From Paramecium tetraurelia (lineage: Eukaryota): 64,000 nucleotides of DNA. Positions within the stretch are counted from its first letter, which is position 1. Each line of letters opens with the position of its first letter. Under the pieces are notes generated by a model. It ran no database searches and was not told where the DNA came from. It worked only from the letters and a program-made list of their open reading frames with translations. The DNA lies in NCBI GenBank assembly GCA_000165425.1, contig CT867991.1, forward strand, positions 124,001 through 188,000, read 5' to 3'. Shown piece after piece: positions 40,292 to 54,853 of this stretch. Made by a program: the position numbers and the translations under genes.

Positions 40292-42085
40292 TCATTTGAT
40301 TTGATATAACTCTCTAAGTTTTGGATCCTAAAGTTCTTTGTTTATTTCATCTCTCATTTTGAATTTTTGTGGCTTGCCTGTTACAGTATATGGAAAATCA
40401 TTGACAAATTTGACATACTTTGGAATTTTGTAATGAGCAATTCTCTTGTGACAAAATTGGTAGACATCCAATCCAGAAAGTTCTTCAGCTCCCTTCTTCA
40501 TTTTAATCAACGCAACAACTTCCTCTCCATATTTCTCATCAAAACAACCGACTACTTAAACCTATTCAACTCCAGTCATATGAGATAAATAATCTTCAAT
40601 CTCCTTTGGATAGATATTCTCACCACCTCTTATGATCATATCCTTGATTCTACCAACAATGGCCACATACCCATTTTTGTCCATGGTAGCCAAATCTCCA
40701 CTATGCAGAAACCCATTTTCATCAATAGCATTTTTAGTAGCCTTTTCATCACCCCAATATCCTTTCATAACAGCATATCCTCTGGAACAATATTCCCCTG
40801 TTGTGTCACAAGGAACAATCTTTCCATTTGAGTCAACGATTTTCACTTCCATGTTCATTGGTAATCCAACTTTACTTGTTTTAATCTCAAAAGAATCCGA
40901 TGTTTTAGTCTAGGATGTAACTGGACTTGTTTCAGTCTATCCATAACAATTTGAGATATCTTTCACTCCCAAAACATTGATAATTTATTTCATTAATGCT
41001 TCAGAGGCCAGAGATCCAGCAATTAAACCAGTTCTCAAAGAAGATACATCATATTTTGATGGATGCCTCTCGTATTCATTCAAATACTCAATAAACTAAG
41101 ATTATTAATCAATAATAATACCATTGTTGGTACTCCGTAAATAGAAGTACATTTATAGTTTGTGACTGCTTCTAAGGTAGCTCCTGCACTAAAGCCATCA
41201 CTTGGATAGACCATAGTAGATCCATAGTTGATACATGCCAGATTACCCATGACCATGCCGAAACAGTGATACAATGGCACAGCTATAGCTACTCTGTCTT
41301 TTTCTGTGTAATGAACTCTTTCTCCCACATATTTTCCGTTGTTCAATATGTTCAAGTGACTTAAACAGGCTCCTTTGGGGGCTCCTGTGGTTCCAGATGT
41401 GAATTGAATATTAGTGATATCGTCTGGATCTTGTTTTGACATTCTCTGTTCAACCTCATTCAAATGGGAGGAACCATAAAGAGAGAAGAGTTCTTTAAAA
41501 TTGAAAAAGCCTTTCTTATGGATATCATCAATTAAAATGGTGCCTAATTCTATTTTATATTAATACTTTTCAAAGATGGGATTCTCTTAGAATTAAGGTG
41601 GCCAGGTTAATCTAATTCTGGAGCTAGTTCTTTGATCATATTAACATAGTTAGAATGCTTGAAAGTAGATCTTAGTACCAAGGCTTTGCATCCAACTTTA
41701 TTCAGAGTATATTCTAATTCATTAGTTTAATAGGCGGGGTTAATATTCACTAAAATCAAATCAGCCATTGCAGCGGCGAATTAAGTTAACGCCCACTCCA
41801 CATTGTTTGGTGAAAAGATGCCTATGCGATCTCCTTTCTCCAATCCGAGAGCCACAAAGGCAGCAGCCAATTCTTTGGATCTCGTGTAGAATTCTTTGTA
41901 AGTCATCTGAACATCTTGCAATTAGGAGGCTACCTGAAATCCATATAAAGCTTAGTTACTGCTAAATTGTCAGGGTATTTCTCAGTAATATCGTGTAACT
42001 GCTACCCGACAGTTTTATAGGTTAGTGGAATGTTCGAAGCACCGTGAAAATAACTCTTGGCGTATCTTATTCCTTTGAAAAGCAT
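40292..42085 (-). CDS. AMP-binding acyl-CoA synthetase (ACSF2-like, possibly mitochondrial)
   Basis: [16 protein letters not shown]-binding motif, [45 protein letters not shown]; start [12 protein letters not shown]. Confidence 0.92.
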
Positions 42086-42358
42086 AATAAGAATTAATAA
42101 AATTGATTTACATTACTTAACAATATGAAACTTAAAATAATTAATTGGATATTAAGTAACACAATTAGTTCTAGAATTTCTTCATCTGAGTCGTTATAAC
42201 TAGGGCATATTAATTAAATTTCATATGACGTGATATCATTCATTAATATCAATTTGGCATCTCAATTAAGTACAGAATTGAAACAAAATAATCGATAAAT
42301 AGCTAAAAACGGAATTTTGTAATTATTTGTAAAGATTTAATAAAAATCTTAATATAGA

Positions 42359-43053
42359 TCAAAAAAGCATTTTAATGTTATGCAGTCCAAATAAGACAAA
42401 TAGAATACCCCCACAGAGATGAATCTAAATTAAAATCTTTTAAATATAATACGTATTTTTCAGAAATTTTTGATGAGATCATTTTTCCCCCAAGTACTGC
42501 TGTACTTGTACAGATAAAGTGACCAAGCAATGCGCCAACTAGTACAACGAAAGTCTCCTCAGTAGCCAATGCAATCGTTGTGATCTGACTTCTGTCTCCC
42601 CATTCTGCTAAAAAGGTTAATGCAATTGCAGCTCTCAAGACCTCCACGTTTGATACATTCTTTGCATCTGATTATTTGCTAAGCTTTGACTTGACCTTAT
42701 TCACTTCTAGTACTGCCTCTTACTCTTCATCGTCATTTTCATTCTCCTCTGAACTCCAGAACTCCCTCAACAATTTTTATCCAAAATAAAAAAACATCGC
42801 ACAAGCTATTGCATGTGTGTAAGTTGGATTCAAAATTTAAGGTAACAAATATCCGAAGAAGCAAGACAATAAAGTCATTAAAACCATGGCTGTGTATGAA
42901 CCCAAAAATACCAAACTCATTGAATAAGTCATTCCCAAAATTGCTGTAATAAAGAATGTCTATCATATGTATTTCAAATACCTTATCTCCTATTTCTGAC
43001 ACAATAATAGAGGAAAATGATGAAGCGAATGGAGACAACTCAGAAAACAGCAT
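42359..43053 (-). CDS. GDT1/TMEM165 (UPF0016) Ca2+/Mn2+ transporter
   Basis: Two signature motifs, SEIGDK/TFF and AEWGDRSQ; two introns; TGA 42359-42361. Confidence 0.92.
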
Positions 43054-43108
43054 TAATTAATTATTATGAATATAAATTAAAGTTTTATTCGTTTTATCCC
43101 TTGTTTTT

Positions 43109-43821
43109 ATGGATCTTGAAGAATTGAATGGTTTATTCCAAATTCAACACCTGCCAAACCTATTAAATATGTTCGTAAGGGCAGAAACACAAATTCAGGC
43201 TTCTTAAATTATTTGATTGCAATTTTAGCATTAATAATACCTGCACTTTTTCATATATTGTTATTGATATAACTGGTTGTGAAATCATGCATCTTTCCTT
43301 CAAATCATCGAAGAAATCAAAAAATATGACTGATTAACTGCCCATCCCACAAAATTAAATTGATACTTTGAATTATACTTCCTAATTGGACAATTAATTA
43401 TTGGATGATACTAATACTAATAATGAGGATCATGGGGCTCAAACTGAAGAATATATGGATGACAATTTCTCAACTTAGGATGAATAAATTCAAAAAGAGG
43501 AACAATAATTTTGAAAATCAAAAAGGAAAGTATAAACAATCCAGAGTGCTACCTTCGAAATTAGCGATTAATCAGAAATTGAAGATTAAGCTTAAATACT
43601 TAATGATGATTAACAACTTGAATAATATTCCCTACTTTAATCAGGGTCTAGAATTATTCAACCAAAGATAGATAACTCTAAATATAATTATGCTGAATTA
43701 CCTAAATAAAATGAAATTCTATTGTGCTCATCTTTTTTATTTATTCTTCATATTGCTTGATTTTCCATTAAAGGTTATTATTGATTATGTATATGATATC
43801 GTGATACTCTGGTTGATTTGA
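43109..43821 (+). pseudogene. Probable pseudogene of an acidic hypothetical protein
   Basis: Coding-like frame interrupted by in-frame TGA at 43512-43514 and continuing about 100 codons beyond it; disrupted 5' end. Confidence 0.45.
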
Positions 43822-45337
43822 TAAGAGTGAGCTATCGGAGTCCTTTAATAATTTCAGAAGCATATTAATTAATTTTGCCACCGCTCCAATTTTTACTTTA
43901 ATTTAAGGATCGTTACTCAAAATAGGTTGTGTTGTTTTGATAAAAGACTGAAATTAATGAATTTTTACATACCATCAAATCATTGCATTTGCCAAATATA
44001 TCATAATCCAACACTTACAAGGCATTTAATTCATTTATTTCTTAATTTGACATTTAAAATATTTATTTTTCAATATAATTAATAATCAAAGCATAATTTC
44101 AAATTCATCAATTTAATCTAAATTTTATTTATCCGGAGCATCTCGTGAAACTCATTATGTAATAAATTATGTCTCTATTACTATAAATTGCTTTTCCTTA
44201 TCCTTTTCCTTTTAGGATTGCCATCTATTTTCATAATCTTTTGTGATCTAAAATGATTTAGGCAATGCAGAAATATATTCAAATAATTTTAAGGATATTA
44301 GTAGACTAACTACTTTGCTAATTGTGATGAATGTATAATTACTGTCAAAGAAGAGCAAACCTAATATTTCATTTAAACTAAATCTGATCAAATTTTGACT
44401 AGCTTTACTGAGTTAAGCAAAGCTTTAAATAAAACAAAAAGGTAAAAATATTCATAATTTTGGAAGAAATAATCAGGTAAAATAACTTTCTTTATTGATG
44501 ATTAAAATAGAAGTACAAATATGGATAATCTAGAAATAATTCAATTTAAATGAAAATCAAAAATCTTCTATTTTATTTTTGTTCAATTTATTCAAATAGC
44601 AAAAAATATAATGCAATAATAAATTATATTACTATCTAAAATTTATTGATTTGTTTCTTGTAGTTTTAAATTTTCCCACAAACTTGATGTTGTTATGCTC
44701 AACAAACATAAAGTAATTGAATTTTGTTACCTATTACAATTTTAATATAAACTAGTAAAAGTAATTTCTATATTAAACTACTTCACGGAATAAATCTAAT
44801 TAATTTTATTTTATTTATTATCAGTTTTTCTTTATTCTTAATCATCTTATAATTATTCTGTAAAACGCATCCAATTATTACCTTTTTATGACATGATATC
44901 TTCAAGAACCCTTTTTATCAGAAATGACTTCTTATATTTTTTTAATCCAATTAAAATGAACATGTAATTACAATAATCCCCTTAATTCCACTTTATAGGC
45001 TCTAATTTATATGTCAAATAGGAATAAATTGATTGAATTGAAGCAGAAATGTTAATCATAGAAAATTACATAATATTGCCAAATTTTTTTTTTCAAATCA
45101 AGAATATTTTAACTTTGCATTCATTTCTATAGTAAGCAGGCGCAATAATCTCTTATAATATCAATTAAAAGAGATAGTTTTTGATTTTGATTGGTTAAGC
45201 AATTAAAATTGTCTCTTCATGCAAATAAAAAAAAAATGTAGAAATTTGGTAAAAAAGGCAAAATATGAACATGCAGAGAAAAATTGTATAAATAATATAT
45301 AAATCTAATTAGTCTCTGTATTTTCTTTTTTTTATGT

Positions 45338-45628
45338 TCATATCTAGTCAGAGCACATCCTATAACTTCTTCTCGAAAATAATTCTGAATCCATTGTTAA
45401 TGAAATTCTTCTTTAAGATTTTGGGGGAGTTATAGCTGAGTCTAAGGAATACAATGAGTTTCTTTAATTAGAATGCTTTTCGACTTAGATCAATTAATTA
45501 ATCCCTAGTTAATCCAAATAGGACACAATTGACTGTTCAACATCATTTGTAATCGGAAGCCAGCCCTGAGTAAATTATTCGCCTTTTGTTGACCCTTCAT
45601 TTGATTTCTAGAATTAAGGTGATTGCAT
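45338..45628 (-). CDS. Small hypothetical protein (96 aa)
   Basis: ATG 45628 (MQSPQFQKSNEG..) to TGA 45338-45340; intronless. Confidence 0.55.
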
Positions 45629-45671
45629 AAATATTTTTTTTATATTTTTAATTATTTCACATGATTTTGAA

Positions 45672-46185
45672 ATGAATTTACTTAGAACAATAAGAGTTAT
45701 CTATTCAAAAAGTGATAATTAAATTTCTATGATTTCGATAAAGGCATTGCATTAATTTGGATTGGAGATACAAATGATTCATCAAAATATTTGTGTATGT
45801 ATTCTAAAAATAATCTTGAAAATTATTCTCTTTTATTGTTTTACGTAATTTTATCTTCTGATACCTATAGAAAAGTTTCAATAACTAATAAAAACTTAAA
45901 TCATTTGCATTTATCGACAAATATATCTCATTAAGATTCTGGTTAAAAAGGTAAACATCTGGATCATTCTAATGATTGAATTATCTCTTAATATCTCAAT
46001 AGGATTTTATGATATTTTGTATAAGATCAATTTATCTTTATATTTTGTTTCATTTATAGGTATGAGAAACCAGATGTGATGTTTTCCTTATCATTTCTCC
46101 CATCTCTCACTCTCTAAACAAAGATTTATCAAGTAAGATCTCAATTTAGAGATATTGGAAAGACATCACTTTATTTAATTTATGA
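45672..46185 (+). other. Possible small gene or remnant
   Basis: Coding-like composition with candidate introns, but no consistent exon chain could be built. Confidence 0.25.
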
Positions 46186-46227
46186 TTCTAATTATTATTT
46201 TTATATATTCAAAAAATCAGACATATA

Positions 46228-48408
46228 ATGAGGTACTAAATTCAACATTGAATTAGTTATACATTAATAAGCGGGATAAACAAGTAGGATATAATAGAGT
46301 AAATAAATTATAGAAATGCCTAAGAGAGAAAAGATTAGTTAGATCAATATTTAGATAGACTAAATGCATTGGGATTTTACATTGAATTATTACCATCCAT
46401 TGAACCACTGTTCTTTGTTGAGAAGTAAGGATTTTCGATCAAAGAAGCTTTGCTATTGACAAGAGGAAGACAATAAAGCCGGCCAAATAATGAAGAGATT
46501 TAGAGTTTATAAATTGATAAGGAGTCAAATATTCTAAAACTGGAATATGAAAATGTAGCTTTTTAAGAAAATTAAAGTTATACTTATATAATTATTCTTG
46601 GTCCACCGAACAGAGGAAAAACCACCTTTATCTTTAATATAATAAATAAAATCTTCAATGTTTAATATTACAGTCTTTATAGAGTGAGAAAGAAGTAAGA
46701 TGAAACTAGAAGATATTATGATGAATATTTCATTTAAATATAAAACAAGAACTATGTGTTTGTGGATTTTAGAGGAATTGGCGATTCAAAATTGGATTTT
46801 TTAGGTTTGGATTATAGTGGAAACTCAAATATCTATATCAAGATTTTGGAATATATTTAAAACAAGGCATTGGCTGCAATATTTTATGTGAATTCTTCCT
46901 CCATCAATCGATTGTCTGAAGATGAATCCTATTGTTTATAACGTTTCTTTGAATTAATTCCAAAAAGCATCATCAACCAAAATAAATTCTTTTTGGTGCT
47001 GACCTATTGCACTGATAATTAACCTAAAATGACTATTTATGAACAATCTAATTCTACTCCTGAAGACTTGAAAGACCTTCTAAGAGATTCAAACTTGGCA
47101 GATCAAAAAAAGTTTTGGTATGGTATTAATAATAAGCCTCTTTATGAACCAGTAATATATTTTAATGGTTCAGTAGAAGTGTAAAACGATAAGCTTGATA
47201 TATTAATAAAAAACATAGGAGAAGATGCATTTTTAACACCAGAACAGAATTTGAATGATGGAAATTAATTGGGTTCGGATGAAAGAAATGAAGATGAGGA
47301 ATAACGAGAGGATCAGCCTGAAATATAAGAAGCATAATTAGGAAAATTCTAGTTCAATTAGATGTCTAAAATCATAGAAGAAATAATTTAAAAGTTGTAA
47401 CTATTAAACAATCGATAAGATAATGATGCCATTGATAGAAAGTATTTTAAGAATAAATTAAATTTTGAGAAAAATATAATAGAATTATTAATAATTTACA
47501 GATTAAGCACAGAAGGATTAGAATTAAAAGATTTGGAAAATGAACAATTTCAAACTACATTTTTAGTGTATGAATTAAGAGACTCAAATGAAAGAGAAAC
47601 ATTTAAAATAAAGTAAGGATCTCGACTACTTTTATGCGAAACATGTAAGATTAAATGTCATGTTAATTGCCGTTTTAACAATACTGGTGAAATGGTAGAT
47701 GATAATAATATGTGTAGAATGTTTGTTAAAAGAAATGGAATTTTTGAGTGTAAAAAGTGTTTAAAGCATGGGCACAATAAAGGATGTCAACCTAAAAATC
47801 ACATATTGGTTGATAGAGCAGGAGAAATTAATAAAAAAATATAGGTTTCGATGATTATTTCTAATAATTATGATCAATTTAAGACTAAGATGTCTTTGAA
47901 TAGAAAATCAAAAGCAATATATCGACTTTAATAAACAGCAGCCATGAAAGCAAAGCTTAATTATCAAACTAAAATTGATGAGATTAGAGACTATATGGCA
48001 AACAATACTAAAGATAACGATTGCATAGCTGTTGATTTACATTAAAGAGCAAAGTATTTGAATGCTATGATGACTTAATTAAAAGAGAACAATTAAAATG
48101 GTGATGACTTTTATAAAAAGTTAGAGGAAGTAAATCAAATTTATTAAAATTTTTTTTTAATTGATAATACTGCATAAGTGCCATAATAAGCGAATATTAT
48201 ACCTGAGTTAGATATGGATGACTAGAATGTCCCCTAAATGGATAATAATATTTCTTTTAGACAATAATTTCCTGATTAAAACATAATTAATCATGAGAAC
48301 TAATTCTCACAGTAGATGATAAATGGATCTCCATTGAAAAATCCTCTATTTAATTCTGCATACTTCAATAATGCAAATGAATAGTAGCCATTAATCTCTA
48401 ATTAATGA
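46228..48408 (+). CDS. Septin/AIG1-like P-loop GTPase with coiled coil and C-terminal Cys/His cluster
   Basis: G1 IIILGPPNRGKTTF, G3 VFVDFRGIGDS, G4-like FLVLTYCTD; LCETCKIKCHVNC..CRMF..ECKKC..H..C..H. One 24-nt intron just after the ATG; TGA 48406-48408. Confidence 0.75.
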
Positions 48409-48702
48409 AATGTCAAATAAGGCAACAATGATTCAAAACAATTCATTATTTTAAATTAAATTGATCTTTAATCATCATCATAATTTATAAAATCAAATTA
48501 TTACCATCGATCTAACCAAAAGTACTTGCTGAAAAGTAAGGTTTTGATTCAAATAATTAAGGCACCAAAATTTTGGCAAATTTAGCAATCAATTTTTATT
48601 ATATAAATTGAAAACTTTCTAAGATAGTATATTCACTAGAAATTCAAATATATCAATTATTCATCATTATAATATATATTAATTAGCAAATATAACTTAT
48701 TC

Positions 48703-50221
48703 ATGGATTCAATAAAGAACTTTGCCAATTCATTTGTAAACAGAGACCAAAAGAATAATACAGAAGGAAAAGTTGTTCCATTGGAAGACAAAGACAAAGA
48801 ACCGTTATCTATTAAACGTCCCTTGGTTAGGTAGTTATATAATTGGATGATGTAGTATGGCTGATGATCTCTAGATGGTGGCGAGTAAAGGACTCTAAAA
48901 GATAATTTAATAAGTGGACAATGCAAAGTCTGATGTAAAATAAGGTTTCTCTTAATTGGATGATAAGTAATTGAAAGTCGGACAATAATAGATTAAAGAT
49001 GATGTTGAAGTAGTATACACAGTAAATTAATGTCTGGGCAAGATCAAAAGTGATATCATCGGTAATCATCGTGATTGAGAAATTTCGACCTACTGTCAAA
49101 GAAGGACTCAAAGATCCTGATATGTGTTAGTGCGTGAAGAATTTGGTATTTTAAACAGTTATTTAAACAGGTTGATGACACTGTTGATGCAACTTGGCCA
49201 GAAATAGTTGATGAAGTCAAATATCAATTAATGTTGTAAATGGCCGATCCTTATATAGAAATAGAGGAGAAAAAGCAATCGATCATTTGTTTATACCCCT
49301 TTGTTTGGATTCGCAATTGGTATCTCTATGCAAATTATCCATTTGACAGGAGCTCATGGAAATAGTATAAGACTATGTATTTATACGAATTAATAATTTA
49401 GATCATATTGGTTTTGGTATTTGGTCTCGGCAATTCCATTTTATGGTGTTTCAGAATACTTCTATGTTTTTGATTTCTTGATGATTGATAAGGGTGATGA
49501 ATACTAGTTGGCTAGTTTTATTTTAAGTTTCAAAACGTAATTTAATACGATACATATAGGATGTTTTTTATTACTTAAGGAGTAATGAAAGCATTAATCG
49601 GATATTTCATGCTCTACGCTTGCACAACTATGAATTATATTGGTAGTACTTAATAAGAAGATTGCACAAGGAAGGGACCAGGAGCTAGCATTGAAGTCTT
49701 TTCGGAAGTTGTTGGATAGATTGCTTAAGTAGTTCTTATTTGGGTCGCCTTTTTCCTTTTGGGATGTTCTAAATAAAAAGGAAAACCTATTTTTTAATAT
49801 GATGACACTCCCCCAGTTAAGGAGGGATGCTTTGAAAGAGGTGCTCGTCTAAGGTACTTCATGTTTTGGGACCTCTTTGCATTGGGAGGCAGCATCGGAC
49901 TTTTTTGGTTAGTGTATATGACATAGGACACTAGGCCTAATTTTGATAACTCAGGAGATTTCGTAATTAAAAATAAGATAAAAATAGATTTACTTTACTG
50001 AAATTTGTTATGGAATGTTGAGTTTTCCATTTTTAATCTTTAATGTGCCTTTTATAAATGGAAGATTGACTAGGGCCAAAGAAACTGCATATGATAGAAA
50101 AGGTAACTGCGTCCCAGCTATCGATGGATTAAGAAAAACCGTTAAGCCTAAATAAGAGGAGGATGTAAATCTTTTGCTGAATACTTTGACAATTGATGTA
50201 GGAGAAGTGTTTGATGGTTGA
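48703..50221 (+). CDS. Hypothetical multi-pass membrane protein
   Basis: MDSIKNFANSF.., KDPDMC, YPFDRSSW, DEYQLASFILSFK, several hydrophobic segments, multiple tiny introns; TGA 50219-50221. Confidence 0.7.
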
Positions 50222-50270
50222 TTTACTAAATTTTTTATATTTTATTATAAAAAATTTTAATTTATTAATA

Positions 50271-51200
50271 ATGGATTCCAAAAGATAAATTTGATAATAA
50301 ACCTAAATCCATTCAGCTTGACTCAGATGTGAAAAAAATAATTCAGTATAAAGTCTATAGAATTAGTATGGAAAGAGTAATGAATTACCTAAGAGAATTA
50401 TCTTTGATTTAAACGATCAAAAGGGGAATTTGAAAAGGAATTCTTACTGAGTGATTAATATTGAAAATAGCAGAATTCTGAGAATTAAAATCAGAAGAGA
50501 TAAAATGAAATTGAAAAAAGTTTCAAAAAAAAAATATCCTATGAATAAGTTTTATTAATCTTAATAATATGAGATTTTAATTAGAGAATTATATTTGTTA
50601 AAAAATATAAAAGGATATAATAAATTTAGATAAGTCTTATTAAAAGGAGGTTTTTCTTGGCCACTATCTAAAAAGATAAAGGGAATATTATTCAGAATGT
50701 GAGAATATAAATATGTGGAATAAGAGGTAAGAAAAATAATTTATTGGATTTGAAATATCATAAATAATTTATAAATTAGAAATTACACATTTTAAAACAA
50801 TTTTGCTTAATGGTCCTACTGGATGTAAAAAGGATTTTTGGCTAGAGTTTTATGTACCTAATGCAATATTGCTCTTGAAGTAATAAAGGGATCTGAAACT
50901 TTCAGTAAGTACATGTAGGAATGGCAGTTTTTCCTTTTTGGAAAAATATTAATTATATATTAATGAATTTTATATAAAATATCATATGTTAAAAATGGTG
51001 GATTTTAATAAAGTTTTTGTTTAAAATAAAGTTCTATTGTTTTTGAATTAAATTAATAAAATAAATAACACTGATCATTAATTCAATCCTCTAATGAGGA
51101 GTAGTGCAAAAAATAAATCGTCTCTTAATATTATTAAGGAAGCAATTAGTCAAATTTTATTATTATATTCAGTTATCATAGTCATAAATCTTGATTAAAG
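50271..51200 (+). pseudogene. Decayed gene with a P-loop remnant
   Basis: Many TGAs in all frames; the remnant TILLNGPTGCKK near 50800-50830 resembles a degenerate Walker A motif. Confidence 0.35.
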
Positions 51201-52500
51201 ACTGTATTACTAGTTTTTTGAGATTTAAATGTTGTATTATATTAAATATAGTATATTAGTCAGACATCTAAAAAAATATTCATTATTTTCCATTAATTCC
51301 TAGTATCCCTTTAACAGTGATTTTATTCTTCTATACAGTTTGTAAACCAATTCTTTGTTCTCCTGGTTTAGATATTCCAATCACAAAGTTATGATTAGCT
51401 ATTTTTCTAGAGCAGAATTCATTTTCTGGTAAGAAATGAATTCTATCTTCTAAATCAGTGTCTTAGGGATTGTTCAAATTTTAACACATAGCATTCTGTG
51501 ATTCTTCTTCTTTATATATGTAACTCATTCAAATTATTTCGAACTGAAGAGAAAATTTTAAATAAATTAAAAATGTGAGAAAATAATATATGATTATCAT
51601 AAATAATAGAAATAACATGAAATTTAAAAGTGCTACTAATTTAAATTTAGCTGATAATTTCATTTCAACAGGAATGATCTGAGGATGAATTGCCACATTC
51701 TAAAATTTGATTATCACACCCATTTATTTAACAATTTTAGGCAATTATGCTTTAAGATTATAGCTATTCTGAATAATTAATAATTTTGATTTATTTCATA
51801 TCTTATTTAAGATCACGAATGGATACAATAGACACTCCACGCTAACTATATTTATCTCTAAAAGTTAAATTTTGGGCATAGGTGATTGCCAATATAAAAT
51901 ATCTTAATTTTTTAAAGAATACTTCCTTTGGTCTAATCATAGCAGATCCAAATATTCTGAAATATAATTCTATTACTAAAAATTTATGACATCATTCTTC
52001 ATATTTTAATGAATATAGATCCTATTTGTTTATACAAATATTTATATTAAATAATATTAATATATTATAAAATGTGCAAATTAAAAAAAGCAATTTAAAC
52101 TATATTCTTTATATTTTTGTATAATAAAGGGAATTGATAAATACTAAATATTAGGATCTTCAACAAAATGCTTCTCAGATGATTTTGATATTTCATGTTT
52201 ATAAACTGGTATTGTACAAACTATGTGTTAAAATGAATATAAGAGAGTTTTATTTTTTTGTTTTAACATTTTTCATATAATTAATCATATCAATTAATAT
52301 GAATTCTATGTATAATTTAGTTAAGTTTGAGTTCAACTTCAACAGCTTTTGGATATTTTGGTAAATTTATACTAAATTTATCCAATTAATATTGGCGAAT
52401 ATTTACTTTATTGTTAATATTATCCATGATCTTAATTAATTATTATTCGTGATTTTGAGAAGGAGGTCTTCATTTTCAAATTCTACAGATGAAATGTGGA
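51200..52500 (-). pseudogene. Decayed coding-like sequence
   Basis: Short coding-like stretches broken by TGA and frameshifts; no full ORF. Confidence 0.3.
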
Positions 52501-52547
52501 ATAAAATATGAAGGATGTATATAATTAATTAAATTTTATTTATTTTC

Positions 52548-53486
52548 ATGTTGAATAAATCGAGATCAAGACTACCTCCTCAATTACTGATTACTCCTAA
52601 ATATGATGAAAACCTTGCAATTTGCAAAACGTAGGAGGACATCACGAAAGAACATAGAAGAAATACTAGCTACTAATAAAGACCTAAACAATAGAAATAT
52701 AATTTTCAGTTGTGCCATTAGATAGGAAAGGGATAATTCAGTAAAGTGATGCTTGTCAAGTAATCATTAATAATATGTCCAATTAGAAATGCAGGTGTTT
52801 TATACGCTTTAAAAATGATTGACAAAAAACTGATCTAAAAGTGCAATATTGCATAATAAGTTTAAAGAGAAATCGACATACAATCATCGATATAACACTA
52901 AAACATAGTTAAAATGTTTGGCAATTTTCAAGACAATGAATATGTTTATCTAATAACAGAGTATTGTGAGAAGGGGAATTTATACTAAAAATAATTCTCT
53001 AAGGAGGAGATTAAGAAAATAATCAAATAGGTACTGCTCGGAATTCAGTATCTCCACTCAATGGGTATAATGCATAGAGATGTGAAGCCAGAGAACATCT
53101 ACTTAACCTCTAATGACACAATTAAGATAGGTGACTTTGGCTTCTCAAATTATAGAGGTCGAAGAAAGACATTCTGTGGTACTCCTGAATACATGCCTCC
53201 AGAAATTGTGCTATCTTAGACCAATAAGAACTATTACTATGGCTATGACGAAAGAGTAGATATCTGGGCTATCGGAATCTTGTTGTTTGAGTTATGCAAT
53301 GACACAGTCCCTTTTAGAGATGCTGATCGCAACAGATAGCAAGATAGGATATGTAGGGAGAATATACAATTCAAAGAGGGGGAGGATAAGGATCTTATCG
53401 ATTTCATTCAAAAATGTTTGAAGAAGGATCCAAATCAGAGGGCTGTAATATAAGAATTGTTGCAACATCCTTACTTATAAATTTGA
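52548..53486 (+). CDS. Ser/Thr protein kinase, Aurora-like
   Basis: IGKGQFSKV, ALK, REIDIQ, HRDVKPEN, DFGFS, TFCGTPEYMPPE, DIWAIG; TGA 53484-53486. Confidence 0.92.
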
Positions 53487-53533
53487 TAATTAATTAATTT
53501 CATTAAATTTATAAAATTACTGATATTTTTGGA

Positions 53534-54853
53534 ATGAAGACAAGCTCCTATAGATCTAGAGTAGACGCATCTAAATCTGATGATTTGGATAATAAAAACA
53601 CTCAAGTAATGCTTCCACCAATTAATCTTAGAATCTGATCTAACTAACCTCTTAGGTAGAGAGACTTACTCAAGTATTATATATGAAGAATAATGAAGTA
53701 GAGATGTTGAGACAGTAACTTGATCTTTAAAAATCGTCTGCAAATCCTAAGGAGATTGAAAATTTGATAACTGTACTTATCTATCTCAATTTATTAGACA
53801 GTTGAAGAACAAACTAAGGAGATCGAGAGATGGGCAGAAAAATACAAAAAATTACAATTACAAACTTAGTAATTGGAGCTTAAGAATACTGATTTAGAGA
53901 AAGTGGTTAGTTTGCTATAAAATAGTACAAGTAGCTCATAGTACATCAAATCTAACGATATTTAATAATCATCTTAGAGGGATACCTAATCCAAAAGAAT
54001 CTATTAAAGTAACATCAGAAAAGTGGATGACTTGTCCTTGAATGAAGATTTGAACTACATTAACACTCAAAATCCTTAGAAGAAATAAGATGAAATAAAT
54101 CAATTAAAATTATAGCTTTCCTAATTGTAACAGGAACTTCTAAACGAGAAACAATTGCATAGAGAATTAATTTCTGCAGAGGAATCTAGAATTAGAGAGC
54201 AAGAAAGAAGAGCATTGAATCAATACAAATAGGACACGTAAAGATAATTGCTTTTATATCAAAACTAAATTAATGCTCTACAGAATATGTTAGAGAATTC
54301 TCAAAAGAAAGATGTCAATAGGTCTTAAATTAAAGAAATAAACCAATAAATTCCTGAGAGAAGCAAAAGAGTAGTGATGTACGATGAAGAAGTCCAAAAT
54401 GTATAACCAGTTACTAGAAAGTCATCATCATCGAAGCCATAGAAAGAATAAGTCAGCCAAGTGAAACAATAGAAAGTGAACCTTCTTCCCATTTATCCAT
54501 CTCAGACATTTAGAGTAGCTCCTTTGGAGAACAACTCTTTTTCTTTAGAGGCTGCTCCTGAGGAATCCCAGCTGAATTCGAGCAAGATTAATTAAATTTA
54601 AGAGCAAATTAATTAAACGATGGCTCAAATTGAAAAATCAATTATACAGGTGGATATGATGAAACAGACTAATTAAGTGCATTAGAAGATATTTCAAGAG
54701 TAAATCTACTCTTCCACTTCTAATCATTAAACAAATTCTTAACCTCCTCAACATCAACCTAGTCCTAAATACTCAGATAATTTGAAGTCTATCTCTTACT
54801 TAGGCCAGTAATCAAACAATTTCAATTAATTTAATCAAAGATAGTATTTTTGA
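53534..54853 (+). CDS. Hypothetical coiled-coil, Gln-rich protein
   Basis: ATG 53534, two tiny introns, EEQTKEIERWAEKYKKLQ..; TGA 54851-54853. Confidence 0.7.
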
